A stretch of 64,000 nt of DNA from Vicinamibacteria bacterium (GTDB lineage Bacteria > Acidobacteriota > Vicinamibacteria > Marinacidobacterales > Marinacidobacteraceae), in NCBI GenBank assembly GCA_963668695.2, contig CAXXLQ010000004.1, positions 1,440,001 through 1,504,000 on the forward strand, written 5' to 3'. Positions 1-10,400 of the stretch are shown in pieces (positions within the stretch are counted from its first letter, which is position 1; each line of letters opens with the position of its first letter). Under the pieces are notes generated by a model. That model saw only the letters and a program-made list of their open reading frames with translations, ran no database searches and had not been told where the DNA came from. A program made the translations under genes and the position numbers.

Positions 1-234
1 ACTGGGCCTCACCGGCCTCGGCGCTCACGTGGGTTCCACCACCGGCTGTTCACCGCGTCGCTTCGCGCCGCTCATCGTTGCGTTTCGGTCGGAATACACC
101 CGGGCCAGTTCTCCCGGTGGGGGCTCCTCCCTCGCGCGCCTTGTCAGCCGGGCCCCCACCGGGAGGACTGGCCCCACCGGGAGAACTGGGCCTCGCCGCT
201 CTCGGCGCTCACCCGGGTTCCACCACCGGCTGTT
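1..234. mobile_element. MITE-like repeat family 1, copy 1 (truncated by the window start, partly tandem-duplicated)
   Basis: Same backbone as the other copies (cgttgcgtttcggtcg-aatac...gcgccttgtcagcc...gggttccaccaccggctg); three full 17-nt modules. Confidence 0.8.
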
Positions 235-295
235 GCGTCGCCGGTGCTCGATACCGCCGGTCCCTGGCTCGTTTACAGGCTGCTAGGCTTCTGCC

Positions 296-904
296 ATGCC
301 TCTTCCGCCGCCCGCTCCAGCCATCCGCATCCGGGCCGAGCCGCGCGACAATTCCACCTGCCGTTTTGTGATGGACCGCCCGGTCCTTCCCGGCGGCTCG
401 GTCTATTTCGATTCCCCTGCCGATGCCATTCGTTCGCCGATGGCGCGGGAGATTCTTGGGATTCCCGGGGTTTCGGGCGTTGTGATCCAGGAGAACCTGA
501 TTACGGTCACTGCCGAAACCGAGGGCAATTGGATGCCCGTCGCCCGCGAGGTCGGAAAAAGGATCCGGAGCGTTCTCGAAGGTCAGGACCTGGCCGTGGA
601 CCCCACTGTGCTTGAGAACCTTCCGGCGCCGGAGGCCATCCGGGACCGGGTTGAGGCGGTGCTGCGGGAGGAAATCAACCCGGCCGTAGCCTCACATGGC
701 GGCTACATCGATCTGGTGGGCGTCGAACAGAACCAGGTCTTCCTTCGCATGGGAGGAGGCTGCCAGGGATGCGGGATGGCTACCGCCACCCTGCGCCAGG
801 GAGTCGAAAAGATTCTGCGCCGGGCGGTTCCGGAGATTGGCGCCATCCTGGACACTACCGACCACGCTGCCGGAACGAACCCGTACTACGAAGCGGCGCG
901 GTAG
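296..904 (+). CDS. nfuA: NifU/Nfu-type Fe-S cluster carrier (Nfu N-terminal domain + NifU C-terminal domain)
   Basis: INPAVASHGG...MGGGCQGC...DTTDH motifs typical of NfuA. Confidence 0.85.
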   Translation: MPLPPPAPAIRIRAEPRDNSTCRFVMDRPVLPGGSVYFDSPADAIRSPMAREILGIPGVSGVVIQENLITVTAETEGNWMPVAREVGKRIRSVLEGQDLAVDPTVLENLPAPEAIRDRVEAVLREEINPAVASHGGYIDLVGVEQNQVFLRMGGGCQGCGMATATLRQGVEKILRRAVPEIGAILDTTDHAAGTNPYYEAAR

Positions 905-953
905 GAAACCCCGCGTTCCGTCTGTGGGCGGGCGCCGGGACGAGAATCCCACC

Positions 954-3233
954 GTGACTCCCCGAATACGACCTGCGGTTCGCGCGGATCACCGCCGGTT
1001 GCACGCAGGAAGCGCACTCCTTCTATGCACTCTGGGGTTATCCGCTGTGTCTGAGGGCGGCCCTCTCCGATTCGGGCAGCAGCGCAACCGGCAAGAAAGG
1101 GAGCAGCCTCCGGTGGCCTGGAGCCACGACCCACCGCCCGCGGGGACCATGATCACGCGCGCGGAGCACGTCACTCGTGAGGGTTCGCGGGTCGTGCTTG
1201 ACGGCTATGCCCAGGTGGCCTACGCAGGACTTCGGATCCAGGCCGACCGCATCGAGATCGACGAGGAAGAACTGCGGGTTCGGGCGGAAGGCAACGTCGT
1301 ATTCGAACGCCGCGACGAAAAGGTGGTGGCGGAATCCATGGAGGGAAGCCTCGCAGACGGCACCGCGATCTTTCGCAATGCCCGGGGGATCCTGGGGCAG
1401 GACTTTCACTTCGTCGCCGAGACTCTCGAAGAGCTGGAAGACGGAGCGTTCGCGATCGAACGGGGAGCGTTCACCACCTGCGCCCAGCCGAATCCCCGCT
1501 GGAACTTCACCGCCAGCCGCGCCGTCGTACGGCCCCAAAAACACGTCTGGTTGCGCAACGTGTCGTTCCGCGTCAAGAACGTGCCGGTGACCTATTTCCC
1601 GGTGCTCTATTACCCCCTCGAGGAAGACGGCCGGCAGACCGGTCTTCTCATTCCGCGCTACAGCCGTTCCGACCTCCGGGGCCACCTCATCAGCCAGGGG
1701 TTTTACTGGGCCCTCAACCGCTCGATGGACGCGACATTCAGCGTGGACCATTTCACGGTGTCCGGAACCGGTCTCGGCATGGACTACCGCTACCGCGGGG
1801 ACAGCGGTTCCCGCGGCGAGGCGGAGGGGTTCATCATCAACGACAAGACCACCGAAAACCGCGAGTACTCGCTCAGCTTCAACGTGGCGCAGCGCCTGCC
1901 GGCCCGGTTCCGGCTGAGCGCGGCCGGCGACATGTTCTCCAGTTTCGACTTCAGCCGGCGCTTCCAGGATTCTTTTTCGCGTTCCACGCGCCGGTACCAG
2001 CGGGCCAAAGTCGACCTGAACGGTCAGCTCTTCGGCCACCGTCTCAAGTTCAAGATCGACCGCAAGGACACGCAGTATTCGACGAGGAATAGCCGCCGCC
2101 AGACGATGCCGCAGCTTTCGATTAGGCGGCGCAGCCTGAATCTGCTGGGCAACTTCGTGCAGCTTGGCTACGAAGCCGACTACGTGCGGGTCGGCCGGTC
2201 GCGCCGGGACGACTTCGAGGAATGGAACCGGCTCTTCGTCGGACCCACTCTCGGGATTTCGATGCCGGAAGTGCCGTTCCTCGAACTGCGCGCCGAAGTT
2301 GACGCGGGGTACCTGCGGTACGGCGGATCGAAGGACCCCGAGACCGACGAGTTCAATCCGGAGCTGGGATTGTCGCGGCGGTTCTACGGAACCACCGTGC
2401 AGATGGCCGGACCCAAGCTGGAACGGATCTTCGAAACCCCCGGGGGCTTCTACGCCGCCCGCTACAAGCACCTCGTCGAGCCCGAGGCGTCCTGGGACTA
2501 CCGCAAGAGCGACGACAAGTTCGATCTGGTGAATCGTTTCGACCGCTACGACAGCTCGGCGCAGGACAACCAGATCAGCTTTGGCCTGGTGAACCGTTTG
2601 CTGGCGAAGCGCTACCGGGACGGAGTCGAGGAGTCGTCGGCGACGGATGTCATCACCTGGCGCATTCAGCAGACGTGGTACTTCGATCCGACTTCCGGGT
2701 CGTTCGATTCCCGTTACGTTTCCTCCTCGTTCGAGGACAGCGAGGTGGAGGTGCGGAAGTCCCCGATCCGCTCGGACTTCCGCTTCACTCCGGACCAGAG
2801 CGTGAATGGCGACTGGACCATGGAGTGGGACCCGGACGAACGGCTGTTCACCTCGATTCGGGCAGGCGTCCGGGTTGGTGGCCGTCTGTCGAACCGCCGG
2901 TTCAACTTCAACTGGTCCCGCCGTGCCCGCCGGATTGGCGGCGAGGACAGCGAAGAGGTGAGGGTGAAGAGCTATCTCCGGGCCGGAACCGACTTCTTCC
3001 CCACCGAGGTGATTCGTACCGGCCTCGACATCAACTACGACATCACCGAGCGGCGCATGTCCAACATTCGCCTGCGCGCCGATTTCCTGCTCCAGTGCTG
3101 CGGGCTGAACGTCGAATGGATCCGCTACAACCTCACGCGCCGGAACGAGAACATCTTCCACTTCGGCATCACGCTGGGCGGGATCACGAGTTTCGGGTTC
3201 GGGACCGGCGGCGCTAACGACCGCTACTATTGA
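954..3233 (+). CDS. lptD: LPS-assembly outer-membrane protein LptD (start uncertain, GTG 954 chosen)
   Basis: N-terminal OstA-like jellyroll (IQADRIE, FTTCAQPNPRW), RQTGLLIP, FYWALNRSMDAT, C-terminal beta-barrel with LQCCG. Confidence 0.85.
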   Translation: MTPRIRPAVRADHRRLHAGSALLLCTLGLSAVSEGGPLRFGQQRNRQEREQPPVAWSHDPPPAGTMITRAEHVTREGSRVVLDGYAQVAYAGLRIQADRIEIDEEELRVRAEGNVVFERRDEKVVAESMEGSLADGTAIFRNARGILGQDFHFVAETLEELEDGAFAIERGAFTTCAQPNPRWNFTASRAVVRPQKHVWLRNVSFRVKNVPVTYFPVLYYPLEEDGRQTGLLIPRYSRSDLRGHLISQGFYWALNRSMDATFSVDHFTVSGTGLGMDYRYRGDSGSRGEAEGFIINDKTTENREYSLSFNVAQRLPARFRLSAAGDMFSSFDFSRRFQDSFSRSTRRYQRAKVDLNGQLFGHRLKFKIDRKDTQYSTRNSRRQTMPQLSIRRRSLNLLGNFVQLGYEADYVRVGRSRRDDFEEWNRLFVGPTLGISMPEVPFLELRAEVDAGYLRYGGSKDPETDEFNPELGLSRRFYGTTVQMAGPKLERIFETPGGFYAARYKHLVEPEASWDYRKSDDKFDLVNRFDRYDSSAQDNQISFGLVNRLLAKRYRDGVEESSATDVITWRIQQTWYFDPTSGSFDSRYVSSSFEDSEVEVRKSPIRSDFRFTPDQSVNGDWTMEWDPDERLFTSIRAGVRVGGRLSNRRFNFNWSRRARRIGGEDSEEVRVKSYLRAGTDFFPTEVIRTGLDINYDITERRMSNIRLRADFLLQCCGLNVEWIRYNLTRRNENIFHFGITLGGITSFGFGTGGANDRYY

Positions 3234-3266
3234 GAAATTCGCCCTCAATCGGAGAGACATCGCCCA

Positions 3267-3476
3267 ATGAACTACTGGGTGAATGAAGACAAGCCTGACA
3301 CCAAAGTCACGGTTCACAAGGACTCGTGCCCGCACGGAGTAAACCTGCCCAAGCAACCCAAGGATGGTTGCTGGCACGGACCCTTCGACACGAAGGAGGA
3401 GGCGACATCGGTGGCAAGGGCGATCGGTCTCAACTATCACGAATGCAAGAAGTGCTTCGGCCTACCAAAGCGATAA
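3267..3476 (+). CDS. Small Cys/His-rich hypothetical protein, possibly metal-binding
   Basis: GGAGA ribosome-binding site at 3251; HxxxC...WHGPF...CxxC; GC visibly lower than flanking genes. Confidence 0.65.
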   Translation: MNYWVNEDKPDTKVTVHKDSCPHGVNLPKQPKDGCWHGPFDTKEEATSVARAIGLNYHECKKCFGLPKR

Positions 3477-3525
3477 ACGGAAGCCGCGTGAGAACGAGGG
3501 CGGCGGACAGCGCGGAGGCGCGTTC

Positions 3526-4236
3526 TTGCTCCTTCTCCTGATCCTGAACGCGGCCCTCGCGCTCGCCGGTTGGCGGCTCCGAACAGTGAACGGGTCGGGA
3601 GCAATCGCGGGGTTCGTGGTCGGCGGCACGGTTGCTGTGAGCCTGGGCTGGTCCGGCTACCTGGTGCTGCTCCTTTACTTTGCTTTGGGCGCCTTGGCGA
3701 CGCGCATCGGTTGGAGCCGCAAGCGGGCCCTTGGAATCGCGGAAGCCCGGGGCGGCGCCCGAGGGCCCAGGCAGGTGATCGCGAATGGTGGACCGCCGGT
3801 GCTCTTCTGCACGCTGGCGGGCCTGCTGCCCGTCAGCTGGATCCTGCCGGCCGCCGCCGCGTTCGTCGGCTCGCTCGCCACCGCGGCAGCGGACACGGTG
3901 TCTTCCGAAGTCGGGAAAACCCTGGGGGGACCGGTGCGGCGGCTTCCGGATCTCTCACGAGCGCCCGTTGGCACGCCGGGCGGAATCAGCATCGCGGGTT
4001 CGGTCGCTGGGCTCTTCGCCTCTCTGGTGATCTGTGCCGTTGCCGCGGGCGGCGATCTCATTTCGCCGGCATGGCTCCTTCCCGTGGCGGGGGCTGGCTT
4101 CATCGCCGCCCTGCTCGAGGGTCTGCTCTCCCCGCTCGAGGCGCGCGGGACACTCGACAATGACGGAGTGAACGCCGTTTCCGTGCTGGCGGGCGGACTC
4201 CTGGCGTTCGGATGGGGTTGGCTGGTGTCCGGATGA
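3526..4236 (+). CDS. DUF92/TMEM19 family membrane protein
   Basis: GGAGG-7nt-TTG start; RGPRQVIANG, ATAAADTVSSEVG, GTPGGISIAGS and LDNDGVN motifs. Confidence 0.85.
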   Translation: MLLLLILNAALALAGWRLRTVNGSGAIAGFVVGGTVAVSLGWSGYLVLLLYFALGALATRIGWSRKRALGIAEARGGARGPRQVIANGGPPVLFCTLAGLLPVSWILPAAAAFVGSLATAAADTVSSEVGKTLGGPVRRLPDLSRAPVGTPGGISIAGSVAGLFASLVICAVAAGGDLISPAWLLPVAGAGFIAALLEGLLSPLEARGTLDNDGVNAVSVLAGGLLAFGWGWLVSG

Positions 4237-5150
4237 TCCGATCCGTTGCACAGCGGCTCGCGCTCTACTGCGAGTTCTCGCGGCCATTCACCCTCCTTCC
4301 GCCCCTGATCGGCTTCCTGAGCGGCAGCGCTACGGCGTTCGGAGCGCCTCCGGCACTCGAGATCGTCCCCTGGATCTATCCCGTCCTCGGAGCGGTGATG
4401 GCTGCCACTCTGAACGCGGCGAGTAACGCCCTCAACCAGATCTGCGACCTCGAGATCGACCGGATCACCAAGCCGGGCCGGCCCCTCCCTTCCGGCCGGT
4501 TGGGACTCGCCGAAGCGTGGTGGTTCACGGCCGTCTGCTGGGCCCTGGCGCTCGCCGCCGCCTGGTTCGTGAGTCCCGGTGGCCGTCGCGAGTGTTTCTT
4601 GATCGTGGTGGCGGCGAGCGTCTTCGTCTGGATGTACTCCGCGTTGCCGTTCAGGACGAAGCGGCTCGGGATGCTTGCCAACCTCACGGTCGCGATCCCC
4701 CGCGGCCTGCTGCTCAAGGTTGCCGGCTGGTCGGCTCTCAAGACGGTGCTTGACCCCGAACCCTGGTTCATCGGCCTCATCTTCGGCCTGTTCCTTTTGG
4801 GCGCCACCACGACCAAGGACTTCTCGGACATAGCCGGAGATCGCGCCGGAGGCTGCCGGACGCTTCCGGTGGTGCATGGCTCGCGGGGCGCGGCCTGGCG
4901 GATCGCACCCTTCTTCGTTTTGCCCTTCATCCTCATTCCGCTAGGCGTGCGAATGGACCTGTTGACCGGGAACCCGGTGCTGCTGGACGCGCTCGGCGCC
5001 GCATTGGTGCTCTACGGGATCTTCACGGCGTGGCTCATGCTGCGCCGTCCGGACGAACTGGCGACCGACAGCAACCATGTGTCGTGGCGCCACATGTACC
5101 TCATGATGATGGTGGCCCAACTCGGGTTCGCGGCCGCGTACGTCATGTGA
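4233..5150 (+). CDS. UbiA-superfamily prenyltransferase (DGGGP synthase/chlorophyll synthase-like)
   Basis: NQICDLEIDRITKPGRPLPSG and KDFSDIAGD Asp-rich motifs; ATGA overlap with the DUF92 gene. Confidence 0.85.
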   Translation: MIRSVAQRLALYCEFSRPFTLLPPLIGFLSGSATAFGAPPALEIVPWIYPVLGAVMAATLNAASNALNQICDLEIDRITKPGRPLPSGRLGLAEAWWFTAVCWALALAAAWFVSPGGRRECFLIVVAASVFVWMYSALPFRTKRLGMLANLTVAIPRGLLLKVAGWSALKTVLDPEPWFIGLIFGLFLLGATTTKDFSDIAGDRAGGCRTLPVVHGSRGAAWRIAPFFVLPFILIPLGVRMDLLTGNPVLLDALGAALVLYGIFTAWLMLRRPDELATDSNHVSWRHMYLMMMVAQLGFAAAYVM

Positions 5151-5188
5151 TCCGGGCGCTCTGCCTGCCCAAGGGCCGCCGCCGGTCC

Positions 5189-5194
5189 TATACT
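5189..5194 (+). promoter_or_regulatory. Putative -10 box (TATACT) of glyA
   Basis: Consensus-like hexamer in GC-rich DNA, 9 nt before GTG 5204; no Shine-Dalgarno sequence. Confidence 0.45.
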
Positions 5195-5203
5195 GGCGTT
5201 CCC

Positions 5204-6484
5204 GTGAATAGTTCCTTTGCCCGCCGCAATTTCGGTCCGAGCCTCGCCGAACGGGACCCCGAAATCGCCGCCGCCATCCGGGCCGAAGAGATCCGCCAGT
5301 CACAGGGTCTCGAACTGATCGCGTCCGAGAACTTCGCGAGCGACGCGATCATGGAAGCCACCGGCTCCGTGATGACCAACAAGTATGCGGAAGGCTACCC
5401 GGGCCGGCGCTACTACGGAGGCTGCGTCCATGTGGACGAGGCGGAACGGCTGGCCAGAAACCGCGCCAAGGAACTCTTCGGCTGCCACTACGCGAACGTC
5501 CAGCCGCACAGTGGTTCCCAGGCCAACATGGTCGCCTACCAAGCACTTCTGGAACCCGGCGACGCCTTCCTGGGCATGGCCCTCGACCAGGGGGGGCACC
5601 TGACCCACGGCCATCCGCTGAACTTCTCCGGGCAGTTCTACCGGCCGGTGGCTTATGGGGTGCGCCGGGAGGACGAGCGAATCGATCTCGACGAGTTGCA
5701 GCGGCTCGCCCGGGAGCACCGGCCGAAGATGATCATCGTGGGTGCGAGTGCGTATCCACGCCTCTACCCCAGCGAGGAAATCCGCCAGATCGCGGACGAG
5801 GTCGGGGCGAAAGTGGTCACCGACATTGCCCACGTCGCCGGCCTGATCGCCGGCCGCGCAATCCCGAATCCGGTGCCCCACTCGGACATCGTCACCGCTA
5901 CGACCCACAAAACGCTCCGGGGTCCGCGCGGGGGGCTCATCCTCTGGAATGAGAAGAGCTACGGGAAGGCCATCAACCGGATCACTTTCCCGGGGATCCA
6001 GGGCGGGCCGATGATGCACACGATCGCCGCGAAGGCGGTGTGTTTCCGGGAGGCGCTGGCACCGGCCTTCGCTGAATACGCGCACCAGATCGTCCGAAAC
6101 GCCAAGGCGCTTGCCGAAGCACTCGTGGGGTTTGGATTCCGGCTGGTTTCCGGTGGCACCGACAACCACCTGGTGCTGGTGGACGTGGGCGCCCGTGGCA
6201 CCACTGGTCGCGATGCCGAGGTGGCAATGGAGGCTGCCGGAATCACCGCGAACAAGAACACCATCCCCTTCGATCCCCAAAAGCCGATGATCGCGAGTGG
6301 TATCCGGTTGGGTACGGCGGCGCTCACCACCCGGGGAATGCGGGAAGCCGAGATGGTCGAGGTCGCGCGCCTGATGGATGCGGCGCTCCGCTCGGCGGGC
6401 GACGAGGCAGGACTCGCCCGGATCGCCGGCGAGGTTGCCGAACTTGCCTCGGGATTCCCGCTCTACGTATCACCAGCGGCGTGA
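5204..6484 (+). CDS. glyA: Serine hydroxymethyltransferase
   Basis: LELIASENF, NKYAEGYPGRRYYGG, TTHKTLRGPRGG (PLP lysine). Confidence 0.97.
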   Translation: MNSSFARRNFGPSLAERDPEIAAAIRAEEIRQSQGLELIASENFASDAIMEATGSVMTNKYAEGYPGRRYYGGCVHVDEAERLARNRAKELFGCHYANVQPHSGSQANMVAYQALLEPGDAFLGMALDQGGHLTHGHPLNFSGQFYRPVAYGVRREDERIDLDELQRLAREHRPKMIIVGASAYPRLYPSEEIRQIADEVGAKVVTDIAHVAGLIAGRAIPNPVPHSDIVTATTHKTLRGPRGGLILWNEKSYGKAINRITFPGIQGGPMMHTIAAKAVCFREALAPAFAEYAHQIVRNAKALAEALVGFGFRLVSGGTDNHLVLVDVGARGTTGRDAEVAMEAAGITANKNTIPFDPQKPMIASGIRLGTAALTTRGMREAEMVEVARLMDAALRSAGDEAGLARIAGEVAELASGFPLYVSPAA

Positions 6485-6499
6485 ACGCGGCGGGTACGA

Positions 6500-6548
6500 G
6501 GAGCGCCGGTCTTCGGACCGGCATCGCCGCCGAAGGCGGCGAAACTCC
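6500..6548. repeat. REP-like double hairpin (family 2 unit)
   Basis: gagcgccggtcttcggaccggcatcgccgccgaaggcggcgaaac resembles 21474-21516 and 45592-45635. Confidence 0.6.
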
Positions 6549-6635
6549 CACGGCTGATCACCCTGACGGTGCGCATCCCGGTGCACCAAGCGGGGCCCAA
6601 CCCCGGGAGCACCCACTCGCGCGGAGGCAGCGGGG

Positions 6636-8642
6636 ATGAGTCGGTCGGCCGATTTTCTCGGTCCCCGCGGGGCACTCTCCGAATCGCTCCCCGGCTTCGA
6701 GCACCGCGCCGGCCAGGTGGAGATGGCCGCGCGGGTCGAAGAGGCGTTGAACGGCGACGGCGCGCTGATGATCGAGGCGGGAACCGGTATCGGCAAATCG
6801 TTCGCTTACCTCATCCCGGCTCTGCTGTGCGGGGAGCGGGTCGTGATTTCCACCGCAACCAAGAACCTTCAGGATCAGCTCTTCGAGAAGGATTTGCCCC
6901 AACTGCAGCGCATTCTGGGAAGCCGGGTTCCCGTGGCCCGCATGAAGGGACGCGAAAACTACCTGTGCCGGCTGGAATGGCAGAAATTCCAGACGGAGCC
7001 GGATCTGAAACTCGACTCCCGGCCAAAAGCGGATCTCAGGCGGATCGCTGCCTGGGCGGAAAAAACCAGGACGGGAGACCGCGATGAGATCCGCGGACTC
7101 CAGGGGCCGATCGATTTCTGGCGTGGAATCTCCACCGTTTCCGAGAACTGCATTGGTCGCCGCTGCCCTCATTACGAGGAGTGCCACCTGACGACCCTGC
7201 GGAAACAGGCTCACGCCAGTCAGATCCTGATCGTGAACCATCACCTGCTCATTGCGGATCTGATCGTGCGCCAGACCGATTTCGGCGAGGTGCTGCCCGA
7301 ATACGACCACCTGATAGTGGACGAAGCCCACCGGCTCGAAGATGCCGCCACGCACGGTTTTTCGAGCACGCTCGCTTCAACGGCGGCCGACCGGCTTGCC
7401 GCCGATCTCACCCGTTTCCTCAGGAGGGCGGCCCCCAGCCTCGCATCCCCCCCGGCTCTCAGGAAGCTCAAGCGTTCTTACCGCGAACTCTTCGAAATAC
7501 TCGCTCCCGAACACGATGACCGGCCGCGCCTGTTCGATCCGGACACCCTTCCGGCTGAGGCGAAGGATCACGAAGAGTCGGCGTCTTTACAACTCGGGGA
7601 ACTCGAGAGCCATCTTCAGAAGGTCCGGGAGGCTTTCAGAGAGAACCCACCGCCCGATGGAAGCGACGGCGAGACCGGCGCCGATCGGTTCCTGAAGCGC
7701 GTCACCGAGTTCCGTTCCGAGTTGGGGGCGCTGCTCGCGCCGCGCTCCGACTACGTCCACTGGAGCGTTTTCCGTGGAGACGGCGAGCGTTGGGAGAGCG
7801 GGAAGGGAAGGTCCGCGAACCGGGGCGGGCGTACCTGCTTCGCGAGTGCGGCCCCGGTGCATCCCGGCGGCGAACTGCGACAGGGGTTGTTCCGCCCCCT
7901 GAAATCCTGCGTCCTGACTTCCGCGACGCTGGCGCTCGACGGTGGCTTCGACTATGCCGCCGATGCCCTCGGCGTGACGAAGACGGCGGGGAGCGTCGTT
8001 CCTTCACCCTTCCGGTTTGAGGATCAGGCGCGGCTCTACGTCCCGCGCGATCTGGTGGATCCCCGCCATCCGGGGTTTCAGGATGCCGCTGCCGAGCGGA
8101 TTCTCCATTTGATAGGCGCCAGTCGGGGTCGGGCCCTCATCCTGTTCACGAGTTGGGGCAACCTCGAGCGGGTCGGCCGAGTGCTCAGCGGAGCCTGTCC
8201 CTTCCCCGTGTTGCGGCAACAGCGGGGCGGCGGACACGCTGGCTTGGTGGACACCTTCCGGAAGACACCGAATGCGGTGCTGCTGGGGGTACGCTCGCTT
8301 TGGGAGGGGGTGGATATCCCGGGAGAAGCACTCACCCTGCTCGTGATCGACAAGTTGCCATTCCCCGTTCCGTCGGATCCGCTGCAAAAGGCGCGCGCCG
8401 ACCGGGCCGAAGCGGCCACCGGCGACGGATTCACCAATTATTCGGTGCCACAGGCGGCGCTCACCCTGAAGCAGGGGCTCGGCCGGCTCATCCGGACGCA
8501 ACAGGATGTTGGGCTCGCCGCCGTGCTGGACTCCCGCCTGCTGCGCATGGGCTACGGTCGCCGCCTGCTGCGGAGCCTGCCCCCCTTCCCGTTAACGACG
8601 AGTCTCGAAGAAGCGACCGCTTTCCTGGAGTCCCTGCCGTGA
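6636..8642 (+). CDS. dinG: DinG/YoaA-family ATP-dependent Fe-S DNA helicase
   Basis: [44 protein letters not shown]. Confidence 0.92.
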   Translation: MSRSADFLGPRGALSESLPGFEHRAGQVEMAARVEEALNGDGALMIEAGTGIGKSFAYLIPALLCGERVVISTATKNLQDQLFEKDLPQLQRILGSRVPVARMKGRENYLCRLEWQKFQTEPDLKLDSRPKADLRRIAAWAEKTRTGDRDEIRGLQGPIDFWRGISTVSENCIGRRCPHYEECHLTTLRKQAHASQILIVNHHLLIADLIVRQTDFGEVLPEYDHLIVDEAHRLEDAATHGFSSTLASTAADRLAADLTRFLRRAAPSLASPPALRKLKRSYRELFEILAPEHDDRPRLFDPDTLPAEAKDHEESASLQLGELESHLQKVREAFRENPPPDGSDGETGADRFLKRVTEFRSELGALLAPRSDYVHWSVFRGDGERWESGKGRSANRGGRTCFASAAPVHPGGELRQGLFRPLKSCVLTSATLALDGGFDYAADALGVTKTAGSVVPSPFRFEDQARLYVPRDLVDPRHPGFQDAAAERILHLIGASRGRALILFTSWGNLERVGRVLSGACPFPVLRQQRGGGHAGLVDTFRKTPNAVLLGVRSLWEGVDIPGEALTLLVIDKLPFPVPSDPLQKARADRAEAATGDGFTNYSVPQAALTLKQGLGRLIRTQQDVGLAAVLDSRLLRMGYGRRLLRSLPPFPLTTSLEEATAFLESLP

Positions 8643-9349
8643 ATCTTCCCCCGCTCGCCGAGCGCATTGCCGCGGTGCGCGACCGGATGTCCGAGAGTTG
8701 CCGCCGGGCCGGTCGGGATCCGGCGGGTGTCCGACTGGTAGCCGTCTCGAAGACGCGGCCGGCTTCGGACATCGAAGCGGCGGCTGCACTCGGAATTGCC
8801 GACTTTGGAGAGAATCGGATTCAGGAGGCGGCCTCCAAACTGCCGACCCTCCAGGTTTCGATTACCCCACACCTGATCGGGCATCTCCAGCGCAACAAGG
8901 CGCGGCAGGCGGCGGGACTGTTTCCCGTAATCCAGTCCGTGGACAGCGTCTCCCTGGCCACCCGGTTGAGCGGAATGGTGGCCCAGGGGGTCGTGCCGCC
9001 TGGAGGCCCCCCGATTCGTGTTCTGGCTCAGGTGGATCTCGCCAAGGAGTCCACCAAATCCGGAATCCCGGAGCCGGACCTGCCTCGCTCTCTGGAGGCG
9101 CTGTCCGGATTGGCGGGACTTCGGCTCGCCGGGCTCATGTTGATTCCCCCGTACGATCCCGACCCGGATGCCGCTCGCCCGTGGTTTGTCCGCCTTCGGG
9201 AACTCGGGCGGCGGTTTGCGGAGGCGGGGCTGTTACCTCGCGACCCCGAGCTTTCGATGGGTATGAGTCACGACTACGAGGCGGCAATCGCCGAGGGCGC
9301 CACCACGATCCGCGTCGGGACAGCGATCTTCGGCCCCCGGAACACCTGA
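8639..9349 (+). CDS. yggS: PLP homeostasis protein YggS
   Basis: [41 protein letters not shown]; GTGA overlap with dinG. Confidence 0.95.
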   Translation: MNLPPLAERIAAVRDRMSESCRRAGRDPAGVRLVAVSKTRPASDIEAAAALGIADFGENRIQEAASKLPTLQVSITPHLIGHLQRNKARQAAGLFPVIQSVDSVSLATRLSGMVAQGVVPPGGPPIRVLAQVDLAKESTKSGIPEPDLPRSLEALSGLAGLRLAGLMLIPPYDPDPDAARPWFVRLRELGRRFAEAGLLPRDPELSMGMSHDYEAAIAEGATTIRVGTAIFGPRNT

Positions 9350-9377
9350 ATCGCGGGCGCCGCCTACCGGCGGGTTC

Positions 9378-9721
9378 AACAGCCTGTGGTGAAACCCACG
9401 CGGCCCAGTTCTCCCGGTGGGGGCTCGGCCAGCGATCCATCCCGGCCAAACAACCGGTAGCGAAACCCACGCGGCGTTTGGCCGGCGATCCATCCCGGCC
9501 AAACAGCCTGTGATGAAACCCACGCGGCGTTCGGCCGGCGATCCATCCCGGCTGAACCGCGTCGCTGCGCGCCGCTCATCGTTGCGTTTCGGTCGAAATA
9601 CGCTCGGGCCAGTTCTCCCGGTGGGGGCTCCTCCCTCACGCGCCTTGTCAGCCGGACCCCCACCGGGAGAACTGGGCCTCGCCGGCCTCGGCGCTCACGC
9701 GGGTTCCACCACAGGCTGTTA
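9378..9721. mobile_element. MITE-like family 1, copy 2 (one terminal ~50-70 bp segment triplicated)
   Basis: TIRs cagcctgtggtgaaaccc / gggttccaccacaggctg; three 17-nt modules; lies between convergent yggS and lepB. Confidence 0.8.
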
Positions 9722-9730
9722 ACAGCCCGC

Positions 9731-10390
9731 CTACCGGACCGGGGTGAAGAAACGGTCCCAGCGGGTCCGGGAGAAGAACCTCACCGGCAGCAGGAGCAGA
9801 TCCACAAACCGCTGGGAGAGTCTGGTCTCGAGGTATTCCTCGCGCGGCGCCCCGTAGGACCAGTAGATGAAGAGACCCTTGCCCTTGACGTTCTCGGCGG
9901 GGAGTGCGCCCCAGTAGCGGCTGTCGTGGCTGTTGTCCCGATTGTCTCCCATCATGAAATAGTGCCCTTCCGGGACTCGGTACTCGCGCATTGCCGGCTG
10001 GCCGCCGTGAACGAACCTCGTGTAGTCCTCGGGCAGGGGATCCCCGTCGACGAGAACTTGCCGCCTTCCGATCTGGAGTGTCTCGCCCGGGAGTCCCACG
10101 ACCCGCTTGATGAAATCCCGATCCGGTTCCTCGGGGAACTTGAACACGACCACATCGCCCCGTTCTATGTCGCGCGACGGCAGCAGTCTGGTGCCGCCGT
10201 CGTGGTACAGCATCTTGTTGACCATCAGGTGATCGCCGATCAGCAGGTTGTCCTGCATGGAGCCGGTTGGGATCTTGAACGCCTGGAAAACGAACGTGCG
10301 GACAAACAGCGCGAGGATCACCGCGGCGCAGATCGACTCGAAGTACTCGCGGGTTGACGAACGCTGGCGGGCGGCAGCAGGATCGGACAT
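9731..10390 (-). CDS. lepB: Signal peptidase I
   Basis: IPTGSM (Ser), FIKRVVGLPG (Lys), MGDNRDNSHDSRYWG. Confidence 0.96.
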   Translation of the reverse strand: MSDPAAARQRSSTREYFESICAAVILALFVRTFVFQAFKIPTGSMQDNLLIGDHLMVNKMLYHDGGTRLLPSRDIERGDVVVFKFPEEPDRDFIKRVVGLPGETLQIGRRQVLVDGDPLPEDYTRFVHGGQPAMREYRVPEGHYFMMGDNRDNSHDSRYWGALPAENVKGKGLFIYWSYGAPREEYLETRLSQRFVDLLLLPVRFFSRTRWDRFFTPVR

Positions 10391-10400
10391 GACTGCCTGG

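Noticed and set aside
1038-3440. Long antisense ORFs (800 aa here; also 13001-14758, 17575-18900, 49137-51038, 56155-57894, 58882-60546)
   Set aside because: Opposite-strand shadows of well-supported genes, typical of high-GC DNA
9135-9722. Recurrent small ORFs containing RPSSPGGG, GPVLPVGA or PHRENWA peptides (also near 29, 12473, 17450, 21779, 23714, 28119, 36811, 40138)
   Set aside because: They are translations of repeat family 1 in various frames, with inconsistent starts and no ribosome-binding sites
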